DNA of 64,000 bases from Chiloscyllium plagiosum (GCF_004010195.1 NC_057728.1:47588166-47652165); one strand, 5' to 3'. Shown: positions 22,991 through 36,398, counted from the stretch's first letter. A program made the numbers and translations. The notes: generated from the letters alone by a model not told the origin.

Positions 22991-25332
22991 GTTGTGGTTC
23001 TGTTCGCCGAGCTGGGAATTTGTGTTGCAGACGTTTCGTCCCGTCTAGGTGACATCCTCTGCTTGGGAGCCTCCTGTGAAGCGCTTCTGTGATCTTTCCT
23101 ATACCTTTGTGGTGAATTCTCTGTTCGGTGTTCTCTGTACCATCACGTCTAGGAATGGACCCGAACCATGGAACAGGCAGTCACCATAGGACAGAACAGG
23201 ACCACACACTGCAAAAAAATGGCACTCAAAGAAAAAATGGCCAAACTAACACACAAAAAAAGAGGACACCACAACACACACCTGGGTTAGAAACCTCTCC
23301 CACAGACACGGAAAGAACAATACTGGCCAAGGGACTCAACGACAACCACAGTGACGCCAAGACAGCAGACATCCTAGTAGCACTAAAATGCACATTCAGG
23401 AACAATGGACTGACAGAAGAGACACAGCAAACAGTGAGACAAAGTATCGTACCTCTGATAACAAGGAAAAGACAAACACACAACCTCAACACCAAGGAGA
23501 GGGAAGCACTAAAATTACTAAGAAACGATAAGAACTTAATCATACTACCAGCAGACAAAGGCAGAATGACGGTCATCCTGGATAAAGCAGACAACATCCA
23601 AAAAGCGCAACAACTACTTGCAGATACCAACACCTACCAAAAGAGGGAGTTTGACCCCACCCCACAGCTCACCAATAGGATAAACAACACACTGAGGAAC
23701 AAAAAAACCGACAGATAACCAGGTTTGACCTACAAAGAATGAAACCTGAAAGCAACAACACCCCCAGATTCTATGGACTACCTAAAGTGCACAAACCAGA
23801 CATCCCACTCAGACCCATTGTATCACTACCAGGGACGACACCACACACACTGGCTAAAGAACTACAGCAGAAACTGAAACCCCTGATCAGCGGATCCAGA
23901 CACTCTATACAATCAACACTAATTCTTGGACATCATCAGAAATATACACATAGACAAGGAAGAAACCATGGTCTCATTCGATGTAACAGCACTGTTCACC
24001 TCTATCGACAAAACCCTAGCCAGAGAAGCAATAGCCAACCTGCTGGATATACAGAACAGACAACAGGACGTTGAACCTATCAACAAAGACTGCATACTCA
24101 AACTACTGGACCTGTGCCTCACAACACACTTCACATTCAACAACCAAATATATGAACAAATCAACGGCACACCCATGGGCTCACCCATCTCTGGACTCAT
24201 AGCAGAAGCAGTAATGCAAAGATTAGAACAAACAGTCTTACCGCAAATTCAACCCAAACTCTGGGTCAGATATGTGGATGACACCTTTGTAATCATTAAA
24301 AACACAAATAGAGAACACACACCGGATCATCAACGCCACTCACAGGAATCTGATCCTCTAGAAAGGAAGAAAAGGACAACCAACTCCCATTCCTCGACGT
24401 GATGGTACAGAGAACACCGAACGGAGAATTCACCACAAAGGTATACAGGAAAGCCACACACACAGACCAAGTCCTAAACTACAAAAGCAACCACCCAACA
24501 CACACACAAGAAGTTGCATCAAGATACTATTCAAAAGAAACGCAACACACTGCAGTACGTCAGAACTGCAAAAAGAGGAAGAAGAACACCTATACAATGT
24601 ATTGGCCAAAAACGGATACCCCCGCAATTTCATCAACAGATGCCTCAGGGAAAGACAATGGAACGAGGACATGCCGCAACCCAAAGGACTAGCCACACTA
24701 CCATACATCAAGAGCATTTCCGAACTGACAGCCAGACTACTGCGACCACTAGGACTCATAATAGCACACAAACCAACAGCCACTCTCAGACAACAACTCA
24801 CCGGGGCGAAGGACCCGATACTCAGCATGAGCAAAACCAATGTAGTGTACAAAATCCCATGCAAGGACTGTACAAAACACTACAGAGGACAAACAGGAAG
24901 ACAGCAAACGATCCGCATCCATGAACACCTAGCCACAAAATGACACGACCAGCTATCCTTAGCCCCACATGCAGATGACAAGCAACATGAATTCGACTGG
25001 GACAACACTACTATTATAGGACAAGCCAAACAGAGAACAGCCAGGGAATTCCTAGAGGCATGGCATTCATCCACCGATTCAATCAATAAGCACATCGATC
25101 TTCCCAATATACCGACCACTGCAGCGGACAGCTGGAACTGACAACCGGAAGCGGCAGATTCAAACCACTATAAATGCCGGAAGAAAGATCACAGAAGCGC
25201 TTCACAGGAGGCTCCCAAGCACTGAGGATGTCACCTAGACAGGGGGCGAAACGTCTGCAACACAAATTCACAGCTCGGTGAATAGAACCACAACAACAAG
25301 CACCCGAGCTACAAATCTTCTCTCAAACTTTG
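22991..25332 (+). mobile_element. Near-complete Poseidon/Penelope-type PLE (RT + GIY-YIG, frameshifted) with inverted 5' terminal repeat
   Basis: Encodes LPADKGRMTV, FYGLPKVHKPDIPLRPIVS, SFDVTALFT, GTPMGSPIS, RYVDDTF and NVVYKIPCKDC..GQTGR..IRIHEH. 22991-~23100 is the reverse complement of the 3' end. 13-bp TSD aatatgttagtct at 22978-22990 and 25333-25345. Confidence 0.92.
25219..25258 (+). ncRNA. Minimal type I hammerhead ribozyme motif in the PLE 3' terminal repeat
   Basis: GCA-CTGAGGA-T-GTCACCT-AGAC-AGGGGGC-GAAA-CGTC-TGC. Stem I is GCA/TGC; stem II has one mismatch; predicted cleavage after 25255. Confidence 0.65.
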
Positions 25333-26264
25333 AATATGTTAGTCTTTATAACATTGAATTTAATGTAAAGTGTTTCATTCAAACTGAATGTTGAAACTTT
25401 TCAAACTAAGTGAGACCTAAATCCTTGTCCAATATTACAATGAGTATTGTAGTTTCTGTTCATGGTTGATTGTGAGTTTTTTTAATACACCTGCTCTGCA
25501 TTCAGATTAGTGGAAAACTAAACAGTTTCTTGGAGTGTAAACCTACATTATTCCTAAAGTATGGCAAATTCAATGTATGAATGAGTTGAGGGTTTCTGTT
25601 AAGAATCTGATGTATTTCTGAATATAATGTTGAAAGTAGAAGTAGGCATACCTTGCCTACACCTAGTCTCTGAAATTTACAATCATTGCATTCTCTATCC
25701 AAAGTTCTGACTGTTTTGGGCGTGAACCAACTTTTTTGTTATAATTGTGTAGATATATGATTTGTGGTGTCGTATATAAACAAACTTGTGATGCAAAATA
25801 CTGCAGGTACTGGAAATCTTCCTGGTGATCCCATCACCCTTGCATGCCGAACTGCATTTCTCTTTTCTCTATTATTTGAACATAACATTTGAATGTATGA
25901 GATATTTTCTTGACTCTTCAATGTTCACTCCATTGCTTTCCCCTCTGCCGTCCGAAATGTGCCACCTCCTGACATTCTTTCCTTTGACATTATTCCACAC
26001 AACTCACAACTTGACCGTATCCAATTGTTGTCTTAGTTTCTGCACTGCATAAGGCAGCAAGTCTAATGTTGTAGATTCTTTCATTCAGTTTCAACAATGT
26101 TTTTCTTTGACATAGTACTCATTGTACTTGTTGTAGCTAGTCATACCGTAGATAATTTTTCATTTCCATAACCCCATTTCCCCCATACTGATCCCAGTGA
26201 GGTAGATCATACTGTATAAATTGGGTTTTTCTTTTGACCCAGAAATCATGTTGCATATTATACG

Positions 26265-27015
26265 GTGTACAAATATTGGTGCCATAGTAGACAGGTGAAG
26301 ATTTTCTAAGATTGCAAAGGGATCTTGATCAAATATAACGGACTGAAATGCGAGGTGTTGTATTTTGGTACAACAAATAAGGGTAGAGTTTATATAATTT
26401 TAATGGTAGGGTCTTGGATAGTGTTGTTGAACAGAGGGACCAAGGAGTGCAAGTACATAACTGTTTTGAAGTTTGTATCCTATAGACAGGATGGTTAAAA
26501 AGGCATTTGACATTCCTTCATTGCTCAGTCCTTTAGATCAGGACATTGGTGAGGCCTTTTCTGGAATACTGTGTCCAGTTCTGGTCGCCCAGTTTTAGGA
26601 AGGATATTAAACTGGAGAGGGTTCAGAAGAGATTTACCAGGATGTTGCCAGGTATGGAAGGTTTGAGTTATAAAGTAAGGTTGAGCTTTTTTTCACTGGA
26701 GCAACTGAGGTTGAGATGTGACCTGAAAGAAGTTCATAAAATAGTGAGGTGTATCGGTTGACGTAATGGTAGTTGTCTTTTCCCTAGGAGGGGGGATTTC
26801 AAGACTAGGGGGCATGTTCATGTGTGGAATAGACATCCTGAGGAAGTGGTGGATGTGGGTATAATTACAATACTTAATAGATAGTTGGAAGGACACATGA
26901 ATGGGAATGGTTTGTAGGGATATGGGCCAGGAGCAGGCAGATGGTTAGTTTAGTTCGGTTCGGTTCGGTTCGGCATGGACTGTTTGGAGCAAAGGGTCTA
27001 ATCCTTGCTTTGACT
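26265..27015 (+). mobile_element. CR1-type LINE 3' fragment
   Basis: Encodes VRPFLEYCVQFWSPSFRKDIKLERVQKRFTRMLPGMEGLSY. Confidence 0.8.
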
Positions 27016-27830
27016 CTGTTCAACCATCAGTCATTAGCCACAATTTTTCACCTGACAAATGAAAATTGGCCTGTATGCCAATAACCTGAAAATGTCTACT
27101 TTTCCTTAAGTCTTCTCCCATAATCTTTACATCTTCACTCTCATCCTCTTCTGTTGCTCAAAATCTATAAATTACATCTTATGGGCTGCTTGAGCTTATT
27201 ATCTCTGCATTCTAGAGCTTTTGTCCAAATCCTTAATCATCTTCACCCCATACCCAATGTCACCTAGAAACGTCATTGACCCATGAAACGTCCCATTTCA
27301 TTTCCTCACTTCGAAGATCAAGAAGAGGTTCAGTGCCATTCCTTGGTCTAATCCAGCTTTGGCTTTGGAACACTCACCCTTGCACGCTGCTGCTTGTACA
27401 TGTTATGTTAGCTGGACACCTTTTTCAGGGACTCCCATGAATTCTAGTAAATTTTCAAGTTCCTCCTTGTGCTCCCTCTCAAAGTTTAAAAGTGTCCTAA
27501 AGAGGAAAATGAGGAATGTGAATCCCAAATCTTGGGGTCTAGGCAACTGTAGACATGGACAACAATGCTTAGACCAACTAAGATATTTGAGGCATACCAG
27601 AATACTTTAAAGGTTTGGGGTCAGAAGGCAATTTGTAGCAATTTGGTTCTAAAATTGGTAACGATGGGGAGGTAAAATGTGAAGCTTTCGCCCCACAGAT
27701 GCTGCCAGAAATGAGTTTAGCCAGCAATATTTTCTTGTTGTAGTCTACACATTTTCCACAGGACAGTTAGCCAACTCAGTGCAGATTTGTTGAAGGGCTT
27801 TGTCCACAATAATTCTTCTCCATGTTTTAG

Positions 27831-27951
27831 TCAACAGATTTTGATATCAAAAAATCACAGGAGAGACCAATGGAAGAATCTGGAAGCATGTACCAGTATG
27901 ATAATTATGAAGAGGTTGCTATGGAAACAGATAGTGAAACCAGTTCACCAG
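27831..27951 (+). CDS. ZFC3H1: ZFC3H1 coding exon 6
   Basis: SMYQYDNYEEVAMETDSETSSP; phase 0/1. Confidence 0.92.
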
Positions 27952-29035
27952 GTAAATATCATCAGTGCTCTGTAAATTGCATTTGAAATCAAAATGAATG
28001 TTCCACATCATTCACTTTCTCCTGTGAAATTAGTAGCTTAGACTTTGTATGGACGACGTGAAACTTAGATGCTCATTTCTTTGAAGTAAATTGCATCAAC
28101 TACAATGCAGTTGAAGGTGGCAGTTCCAACAGTGGCAAATTGAAGCAATCCAACAAAAATAATGAAACACTTATCTGTAAAGGCCTCGTCTTATAGCTGG
28201 GCACACGACTAGATGTGGTAGCACAGTATGCAGTCAATATGAGAAAGATCTTAACATAGAATTTAATCAAATAAGAATCAAGGAGTAAGCCCTCCATTTC
28301 TTGGAGATGCCTAACAAAAGGGTTAATGTTTTGGTTGTTGCAGGCCAGCCATCTTAGCAAGGATATTTGTACCAGGTACCCTAAGGGTAGTGTCTTAGAA
28401 ACAATGTGTTGCAGCAATGTAGATGTTTCTGCACGATTTGGAAGGTCAGAAGTGGGGAATGGTTGCGCATGATTATGACAGGCGTAATGCAACTTGCTGC
28501 CTTCAACGATTTCCGATGTGCCCACTGGAGGGTGACACTGATTTAGGTGCTGATAAAAGCAAATCTGTGTTCGGAGATCAGCAAAAGCTTTCCAGACCGA
28601 TGTCAGTGATGGATGCTACTTTACCACTAACCACAAAATCTGGCCCGTTTCTTGGGAAATGATTGTCAACATTTTTTAGTTGCAGAGGTCCTTAGACATA
28701 AATGTATGGTTGTTGTCAGTGTTGCATGTGTTTTGTTAATAAGTGATTCTGGGTTTCTTTATTGAAAGAACTTGGAAACGGATTCTCAAACGTGTTTTGT
28801 AAACACCTAATTTTATTTTAAAAATGGTGTGCAAATAGCATGCTAATAATTTGCTGCCAGAAATCCAATTTAATATGTAAGGATGTCATAGCCTAAAAGA
28901 TCAGTGACTGGTGAATAAAGTTTTGCCAGTATACTACTTGTGCGCATTAATCTATATCTACATGTAATTACATTGACCAGCCAGTTCAAAGTGAGACGGT
29001 TTTGATAAATAGTTTATCCATATATGCGCACGTGA

Positions 29036-29107
29036 TAAGCTTTATTTTATTCCGGATTGTAAGCTTTATTTTATTCCGGATTGTAAGATTTATTTTATTC
29101 CGGATTG
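29036..29107. repeat. Tandem repeat, 3 x 24 bp
   Basis: taagctttattttattccggattg twice, then taagatttattttattccggattg. Confidence 0.9.
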
Positions 29108-29169
29108 TCAACAACTTTGACATGGTTTTACCAGTTTAAAATGTGCCCTCTTCCCCTCTCTCCTCACAG

Positions 29170-29261
29170 TATCATCTCCAGTGCCATCTTCAGTCTCTGT
29201 GGATTACCAATCAGGGTATTATGTTCCAATGCCACCTGTGCCAATATTTTCACAGCATCAG
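29170..29261 (+). CDS. ZFC3H1: ZFC3H1 coding exon 7
   Basis: Strong pyrimidine tract plus CAG; encodes VSSPVPSSVSVDYQSGYYVPMPPVPIFSQHQ; phase 1/0. Confidence 0.8.
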
Positions 29262-29689
29262 GTTAATTTCATTTCTGCATTAGTCCTTATATTAAACTGA
29301 ATCTGTAATATGCTGCTGTGTTGTGTTTTCTTAGTGCCATAAATTATCTTCCAGGTTATTATCTTTTCATTTGCCTTGTGAACTCAAAAATGAATCTTTG
29401 ATTTTAAGTGCTGTTTTTCTAAATTGCAACTGCACCTTCATTACTGTGCATGCATTGTTAGCATTTTGCAGTTGAAAGCTCACTGGTTTCCAAAGTGATT
29501 TTGACTGTACTGGTGTTTTTATTTAACTGTATTTGAGGGAATTAAATGAGGTGAAGTTATAACAACCACTAATGGCTTCACTATATAAGCGGTAACAAAA
29601 CAATCTCTGCCACTTACATATTTAAATTGGTTTATTTTAAATTCTGTGATTAATGTCTGAATTTTTTTGCACATCCGTTCCATTTTTAG

Positions 29690-29902
29690 AACATGATGGA
29701 TCCTGTGATTCCGAATTACTTGGAATCCTACTTTCCTAATCCCTTGGAGCTGCCTGTGCCGCCACCGCCCCCACCACTTCCTCCAGAGGAACCTGAGCAG
29801 CCACCAAAACCTCCATTTGCCGATGAGGAAGAAGAAGAAGAAATGCTCCTTCGAGAGGAATTGTTAAAATCTATAGCAAATCGGCGTGCTGTGAAACCAG
29901 AG
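29690..29902 (+). CDS. ZFC3H1: ZFC3H1 coding exon 8
   Basis: PPLPPEEPEQPPKPPFADEEEEEEMLLREELLKSIANRRAVKPE; phase 0/0. Confidence 0.92.
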
Positions 29903-30426
29903 GTAATTTTAACAACTTCATGTTAAAGTTGTATTTAGCCACCAGAGGGCAGTCTGCTACAAGTCAGGATATTTAATTGGAATGATTCTGTTTGCTGATT
30001 TTTGAGTTCAGCTGTGAATGTCTCAAGTTTATTTTAGGTCAAAGTTATTAGTTTTAGTGTGGAATTCATCTAATTCGATTTTTCCTCTGTATAGTTAGTA
30101 TTGGATTTAGCATAATATTTGTCGTGGTGTTTGACACGGACCAAATTGGGCTGTGCTTTGGAACTCTGGTGAACTCAGTTGTCACCCACTGTTTCTTCGC
30201 AGCTCTTTGTTGATGCTGTGTTCCAAAAGAGTCCAAATGTTTGCTGAAAATAAAATAATTGGAGCGGTGTGGACAATATTGGACCTTTCCTATTTAACCA
30301 TTCTAATTGGGATGTGGGGCGATATACTTGATTGTGCTTCAGTGCAAGTTGAATTTTGGGAATAGCAAATAAGTAAATTTAATTGTTTGGTGATAATTAG
30401 CTTACTCTCTCCACTATTTAAAACAG

Positions 30427-30594
30427 GATTCAACTGATATTTGTGACATGGCTTATCCATCTCTTCCTATTGAGAACTCCCAATCTGGACCAATGAATAA
30501 TCTTCCAACTGCTGACCTGAATTCTGCATTGCAACCACGTCCCCAAAGCACAAAGTTTACAAGAGGACTTTCAGCTCCTCGTCCACTTATAATG
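30427..30594 (+). CDS. ZFC3H1: ZFC3H1 coding exon 9
   Basis: DSTDICDMAYPSLP...QPRPQSTKFTRGLSAPRPLIM; GTAAGG donor; phase 0/0. Confidence 0.8.
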
Positions 30595-30621
30595 GTAAGG
30601 ATTTTGTTTTGACTGTTCATA

Positions 30622-30995
30622 CAGTCATGAGATGTACAGAACAGAAACAGACCCTTTTGTCCAACTCATCCATGCCGACCAGGTATCTTATACTAATCTA
30701 GTTCCATTTGCCAGCCCTTGACCCATATCCCTCAACTCTTCCTATTCATATACCCATCCAGGTGCCTTTTAAATATTGTAATTGTACCAGCCTCCACCAC
30801 CATCTCTGGAAGCTCATTACACATGCCCACAGATGCCCACATCACCCTCTGTGAAAAATTTGCCTCTGTGATCCCTTTTAAATCTTTCCCCTCTCGCCCT
30901 AAATCCATGCCCTCCAGTTCTGGACTCCCCTAACCCATGGAAAAGACCTTGTCTATTTACCCTATCAATGCCCTTCATGATTTTATAAACCTCTG
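30622..30995 (-). mobile_element. CR1-type LINE 3' end
   Basis: Reverse complement of the CR1 3' tail seen at 45350-45737. Confidence 0.75.
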
Positions 30996-31616
30996 TATGC
31001 TGGCAAAATGGGTTTTATCTTATAAATGTAACCTTGGCTTGTTTTGGATGTGGGAAATTGTATGGAGAAACCGTTCCAGAAATTGCTGGTGTAACACAAC
31101 ATAGATTTAATTTAAAGGTTAACGAAGAAGTAAATCTTTTTCAAAACAGAGTAGAACTCCTTTTCAGTTGTTCTTCATGTTAATGATATCTTGAATTCGT
31201 TAATGTGGTTTTCTGTTCTGTCCAATTGTGAAGGTGTACTTAGTTCTTGGGTTAACAGTTTCCTCTGAATGCTAAGTTCCGAAGTATCTTAACAGTGAAT
31301 ATAAGAATGGTATTTAATCGACAGCTTAACTGAGATAATGGAACATTACTTGTTTTTAACTGAGCGCAATTTAAGTGCAAAACAGAATTACTTTTCTACT
31401 CAAAAGTTTCAATTCTGCTGGAACTTTTAAAACTAGCCACGTTAACCTAATACAGGTAAACATCTAAATGGAAACAATGCCACCTTTAGCAAAATACCTT
31501 TGGGTTCAAACCCTCAGTTATTTCAATGCAACAAACTAATCAGATGGTGTATTGAAAGTTCCAAGAAACTTTGAACCAAAATAACCGCGCTCATGCAGGT
31601 TGTTAGAGAATAGGTC

Positions 31617-32116
31617 NNNNNNNNNNNNNNNNNNNNNNNNNNNNNNNNNNNNNNNNNNNNNNNNNNNNNNNNNNNNNNNNNNNNNNNNNNNNNNNNNNNN
31701 NNNNNNNNNNNNNNNNNNNNNNNNNNNNNNNNNNNNNNNNNNNNNNNNNNNNNNNNNNNNNNNNNNNNNNNNNNNNNNNNNNNNNNNNNNNNNNNNNNNN
31801 NNNNNNNNNNNNNNNNNNNNNNNNNNNNNNNNNNNNNNNNNNNNNNNNNNNNNNNNNNNNNNNNNNNNNNNNNNNNNNNNNNNNNNNNNNNNNNNNNNNN
31901 NNNNNNNNNNNNNNNNNNNNNNNNNNNNNNNNNNNNNNNNNNNNNNNNNNNNNNNNNNNNNNNNNNNNNNNNNNNNNNNNNNNNNNNNNNNNNNNNNNNN
32001 NNNNNNNNNNNNNNNNNNNNNNNNNNNNNNNNNNNNNNNNNNNNNNNNNNNNNNNNNNNNNNNNNNNNNNNNNNNNNNNNNNNNNNNNNNNNNNNNNNNN
32101 NNNNNNNNNNNNNNNN
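31617..32116. other. Assembly gap (500 N)
   Basis: Run of exactly 500 N; probably a fixed-size placeholder. Confidence 1.
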
Positions 32117-33378
32117 TTTATTTGCCACTAAATCCTATCCATATTAGGGAACACAAAATAAAAATATATTAATGGCAACCCAGATTTAAACATGAAAAGT
32201 AACTTTTGGAGTTCTACATTGTACTTGTATGGCTCATGAAGATTGAAAACTTTAATCTATGAAAGTGTTGTCTTGAAACGTTATCATGTCTCAATCTATC
32301 AACCAACAAGGAAGAAAGTCATACAAACAGAGGCAAGCTTCTAAGGTCAATTGAAAATTATTTGAATGAAAGAATGGGTTATGAATAAGTTGTAGGCATG
32401 CATGGGCATCACCAGCTTCCATCGCAATTTGTGATAGAGCTATTGCTTTTTATAGTGGACGTAAGTTATTTGATTACTGGAACATTAACTGTCTCATTCT
32501 GTAGCTAGTAGTGAGTTTTCAGATTGAGGAAGGACAATTTAAAATATTGGAGAAGATAAATACAAATCTGGATATATCAGTACTATAGTTGGGTAAGTGA
32601 CAAATGATCTGTAACATGGGCAAAATAAGCTAAACGGCTACAGAGCACTAAAAAGAGCCTGACAATGTTAGTGGTTAGCTCACTAAGTCCAACAGCATGA
32701 CGTGCAGGAATAGTGGGAACAAGAAAAATGAATACTGGGAATATATAAGGAAATATAACAAAGGGGGTTAGAACAGAAATCCTATGAAGTGATGAAGCAT
32801 GTATTTCACACAGGTTTGTCCAGATCTATATGCTTATGTACTACTTCGGTCATTATCAAAATAATTATGCAGACATTGGTTGTCAGTTAAAAAAAAAAAG
32901 CAATTTGTCATGAGGCACCTGGCAATATTGGCAGAGGAAGCTCCACGTGTGTCTAACATCCGTACATACTTTGAACTTGACTATGTTTTGAAATTGAAAA
33001 TCCGTGAAAATAGTATGGAAGTGTAAGCTCTTACTTTTATGCAGAGGGTACTCAAAAGTTGCCCAGAAAGATAGGAAATTCCTAAAGAAATGACTGGATA
33101 GATACCTGCAAAGGGGCTCCTGAAGGCCCTTAGTTTTTGTGGCCGACCGGATGGGGGAAGTGTCTTTTCTGATTTTGTCATTAACTATCTATGGTAATTA
33201 ATGCCATGGCAGTAGATAGGTTTTTGAGAGTCATGGTAAACTGGAAAAGCTTATGTTTGGCATAGTATATGGTTGAGTATTGGTGCTCATTTTTAAAAGT
33301 GCATCAGTTTAATTTTTGAGTACTGATGTTCATCGCTCTTTACGCTATATCAAGGCTGAAAACTTTCTTTGTCTAAAG

Positions 33379-33497
33379 GCCACAAAACCAAAGCCAAAAC
33401 TAAAAGCAGAAAAAGAAAATGATCCTGCTGGAACCAAAGATGGATTTTCTGAGGGAGGCAAAAAGGAAAATAGACTTTTAAAGGAAGAAAATATCAG
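33379..33497 (+). CDS. ZFC3H1: ZFC3H1 coding exon (10th visible)
   Basis: ATKPKPKLKAEKENDP...RLLKEENI; phase 0/2. Confidence 0.88.
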
Positions 33498-33870
33498 GTA
33501 AATATTCACTTTTTTGACACTTTTATTTGCTTCTATTCACTTTAATAGTCATTTGGTGTTGTAGACTGTTTCCTTAGCAAATTCTTAAAAATGAACCAGA
33601 TAATTGCTACGAGCTAAATGTTTCTGCACTTGAGTGATGGTATTGACCTAACCTCATGTTGATTGAATGGAGGAGTCCAGCTTGTTCTGAGTTATATAGT
33701 TTGAATCTTGTGATTACAAACTTGTTACGAGCACTAAAGTTTGTTCTGTTTGTTTGCTGCCGCTTATGAATTGAATGTGAGCAGGCTGCTGTCTGTCAGA
33801 CTAATGTTTATTAATTTCAATGTTTAGTACAATGCGTTTGTACTCATTAGTTTGGCTTGATTTTATTTAG

Positions 33871-34017
33871 CCGTGAGAAACAGCGACAGCTGAAGTCTGA
33901 TTTGTCAAGGGCGAGTCCATCCCTGGTTCGCTCTGGTGCTGAAGTAAATAGTATTGGAAAAAGAACAGTGGTCAGTAAACAACTGTCAGATGTTGAAGAT
34001 AGACTCAGAAAACACAA
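33871..34017 (+). CDS. ZFC3H1: ZFC3H1 coding exon (11th visible)
   Basis: REKQRQLKSDLSRASPS...KQLSDVEDRLRKH; phase 2/2. Confidence 0.88.
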
Positions 34018-34871
34018 GTAAGTTTTCATTGTTCTTTCTTTTCTCTAAGCATCAATAAGGAGTATTGGACAAATTTACCTTAATAGAAACTTTCTCAGAA
34101 TGTCTGGTAGACTACAGTGAAATAAATGGCCAGACTAGTTATTTTGCTAATTGGGTAGTAATTGTCTGAAGAGCCTGAAAGAGCTCCTTTATTTTTCCTC
34201 AAGTAGTTGCTTGGTATTTTTCTAACCGCCTGAAAAGATTTTCTGCTGTAGTTCTTATGCAGTGACTTGAATCGGCAAGCTGTCAGTATAATCGTTTACC
34301 ATTTCCAAACTGTTGAAGTTCTCTGGCAGCCATCAGTTCGCAGTTTCAACCAAAATGAATGTCGACTTCCTAATTTGATATCTGATGTAACATGTTTCTT
34401 TTTTGTTTGGCATGGTTCCCAAATATCTTATGCTGCTGTATTATATAGCTAGCACCATTTATGTTTCTCATGCTCAATAATTTCAGAGGATGAAAATGTT
34501 TGGGCTTCACTTTTAAATTTGTGAGGAAAGGTACACTAGACAAGGTTAAATGTGCCTCAGTTTTCAGAACACAATTGTTTGCAATGGGACAACATGTCTC
34601 CACCTATTCATTTTTACTTGTTTGTGTAGCTATTGCACCTTTTTAGCAAGGTGTCAACTGCTTGACACACAAAACTGAAATCCATATAAATTATAAAGTT
34701 TATTCAATTTAGTAATCAGCTAAGTTGTACCTGTGGTAATAGCTTGAATTTGTGCTAATGGTTACTGTTTTCTCAAAGATCAAAAAACATGCTCTATCCA
34801 TTCTACTGATTGTGTTTAAATTCGTGAAAAATAAACTTGAGGTGTAAGATTTTGATTTGCTTTTATTTTAG

Positions 34872-35046
34872 TCTACTTTTGACAAAAGATGAGTCTCTTT
34901 TATCAAACCTATTACAACAAGAAGCAAAAAAGAAAGAAGCACTGCGTCAAGCTGAAGCCAAATACATGAAGCATAAAGAACAGTTACAGGCAGCTGAAAA
35001 GATTGTGAATGCCAACAGAATGCTGCTTAAAAAGCTTCAAGAACAG
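34872..35046 (+). CDS. ZFC3H1: ZFC3H1 coding exon (12th visible)
   Basis: LLLTKDESLLSNLLQQEAKKKE...NRMLLKKLQEQ; phase 2/0. Confidence 0.92.
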
Positions 35047-36204
35047 GTAGGCAACACAAATTTCATTACAAATTTCCATTCCCCAAACAGCTCCGAGTTG
35101 AGGATAGTTTTATTCTGTAAGCTAAGTTGGTCTGTTTTTAAGAAGCTGTTGTTTCTTGATCAGATAATAGTGCAGTTGGTTTTGGACCTGGGTCTTGACA
35201 AGAGGATGGCGGGTCAGTCAAATATGCTCATGGTTGCTGGGCTGGAATATAGGTGTAATCAAAATTGTTTTGCTGTGTCGTAGCTTTCAGAGGCAATTGA
35301 AGACTATGGCAGAGGGGTTTCATGGAAATGAACTCCAGAAAGAATTGTATTTTAAGGAAGGACAAACTGAAAAAGAAAAGTTAATTAGTCCTCTCCCATT
35401 GTTTTTTTTAGCATATAGAATATGCGCTAGACAACTTCCATTGCGAAAATGTGAATGGCATGTCCTTTTGAAATGCCTTAATGTACTTTTCAAAAAACAA
35501 AATAATTTGTAACTACAGTCTTTGATGCAAGTAAATGTAGGAGGGTGTTTTGCACAACAAGGGTGAAACTGACTGAAGTGGTCAGCACTTTTAGCAATCG
35601 AGGATGTTTCTTATGGGAAATCTAGAAGCTCGGGTCACAACATAAAAATATTCTCCCATTTAAGATTGAGATTAGGCAGAATTATTTTTGAGAATTGATG
35701 ATTTTTGGAATGCTGTTCAGGCAGCAGTAGAGGCTGGGGAAATTGAACATATTTAAGCTGAATTGGGCAGAGTTTTGTAGGGAAGTGAAGGTTTGAGCAC
35801 AGGCAAGAAGGTACAGTTAGTGACATAATCTGATCAGACATAAATCTAATCGAATGATGAAACAATAGTTTTGAGTGTCTACTCTTATTTCTTGGCTTAT
35901 CTTATTGGAGGAATATTATATAAAAACCAGGTTTCTTCTAACAGTAGAGGCATTAGCACAGTCATACCATTTATCTGAATTGTGAAATAAACAGATTAAA
36001 AATTTGGTTTTAACATCTCAGCTGATTTAATCTTTACTGAAGCAGTAAATCCCTAGGACCATGTGGAGGTTTGAAAAAGATTTGTGTAACAAGTCTTAAA
36101 TGAATTTCATGCTTTTGTGCATTGCAGTTTTGCAGTGGACCAACTCTGTCATGTTTAAGTAGTATGAGCTGTTTTGAAAACTGTTTTTCTTTATTGCCTC
36201 TTAG

Positions 36205-36333
36205 ATCCATAAAGTACAACATCGAATACAAGTTAAGAAGAATTTATCCATAAAATATGAAGAATTCGCAAGAGCAAAAGCTGTTGCTAGTCAAGAAGTG
36301 GGCAAACGTAAACGTGAACAAGATTCATTTGTT
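36205..36333 (+). CDS. ZFC3H1: ZFC3H1 coding exon (13th visible)
   Basis: IHKVQHRIQVKKNLSIKYEEFARAKAVASQEVGKRKREQD; phase 0/0. Confidence 0.9.
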
Positions 36334-36398
36334 GTAAGTTGACTTTTTGAAAGAATTAGCTCTCAGAATGTGGACTTTGTTGACCAGTCTGCAAATTT

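Noticed and set aside
26945..26973. (GTTCG)n microsatellite as a regulatory element
   Set aside because: Simple slippage expansion within a CR1 3' tail.
29036..29107. CRISPR-like array
   Set aside because: Units are contiguous with no spacers, and the context is a eukaryotic intron.
31523..32172. ORFs of ~190-200 aa spanning the gap
   Set aside because: Artefacts of the N run.
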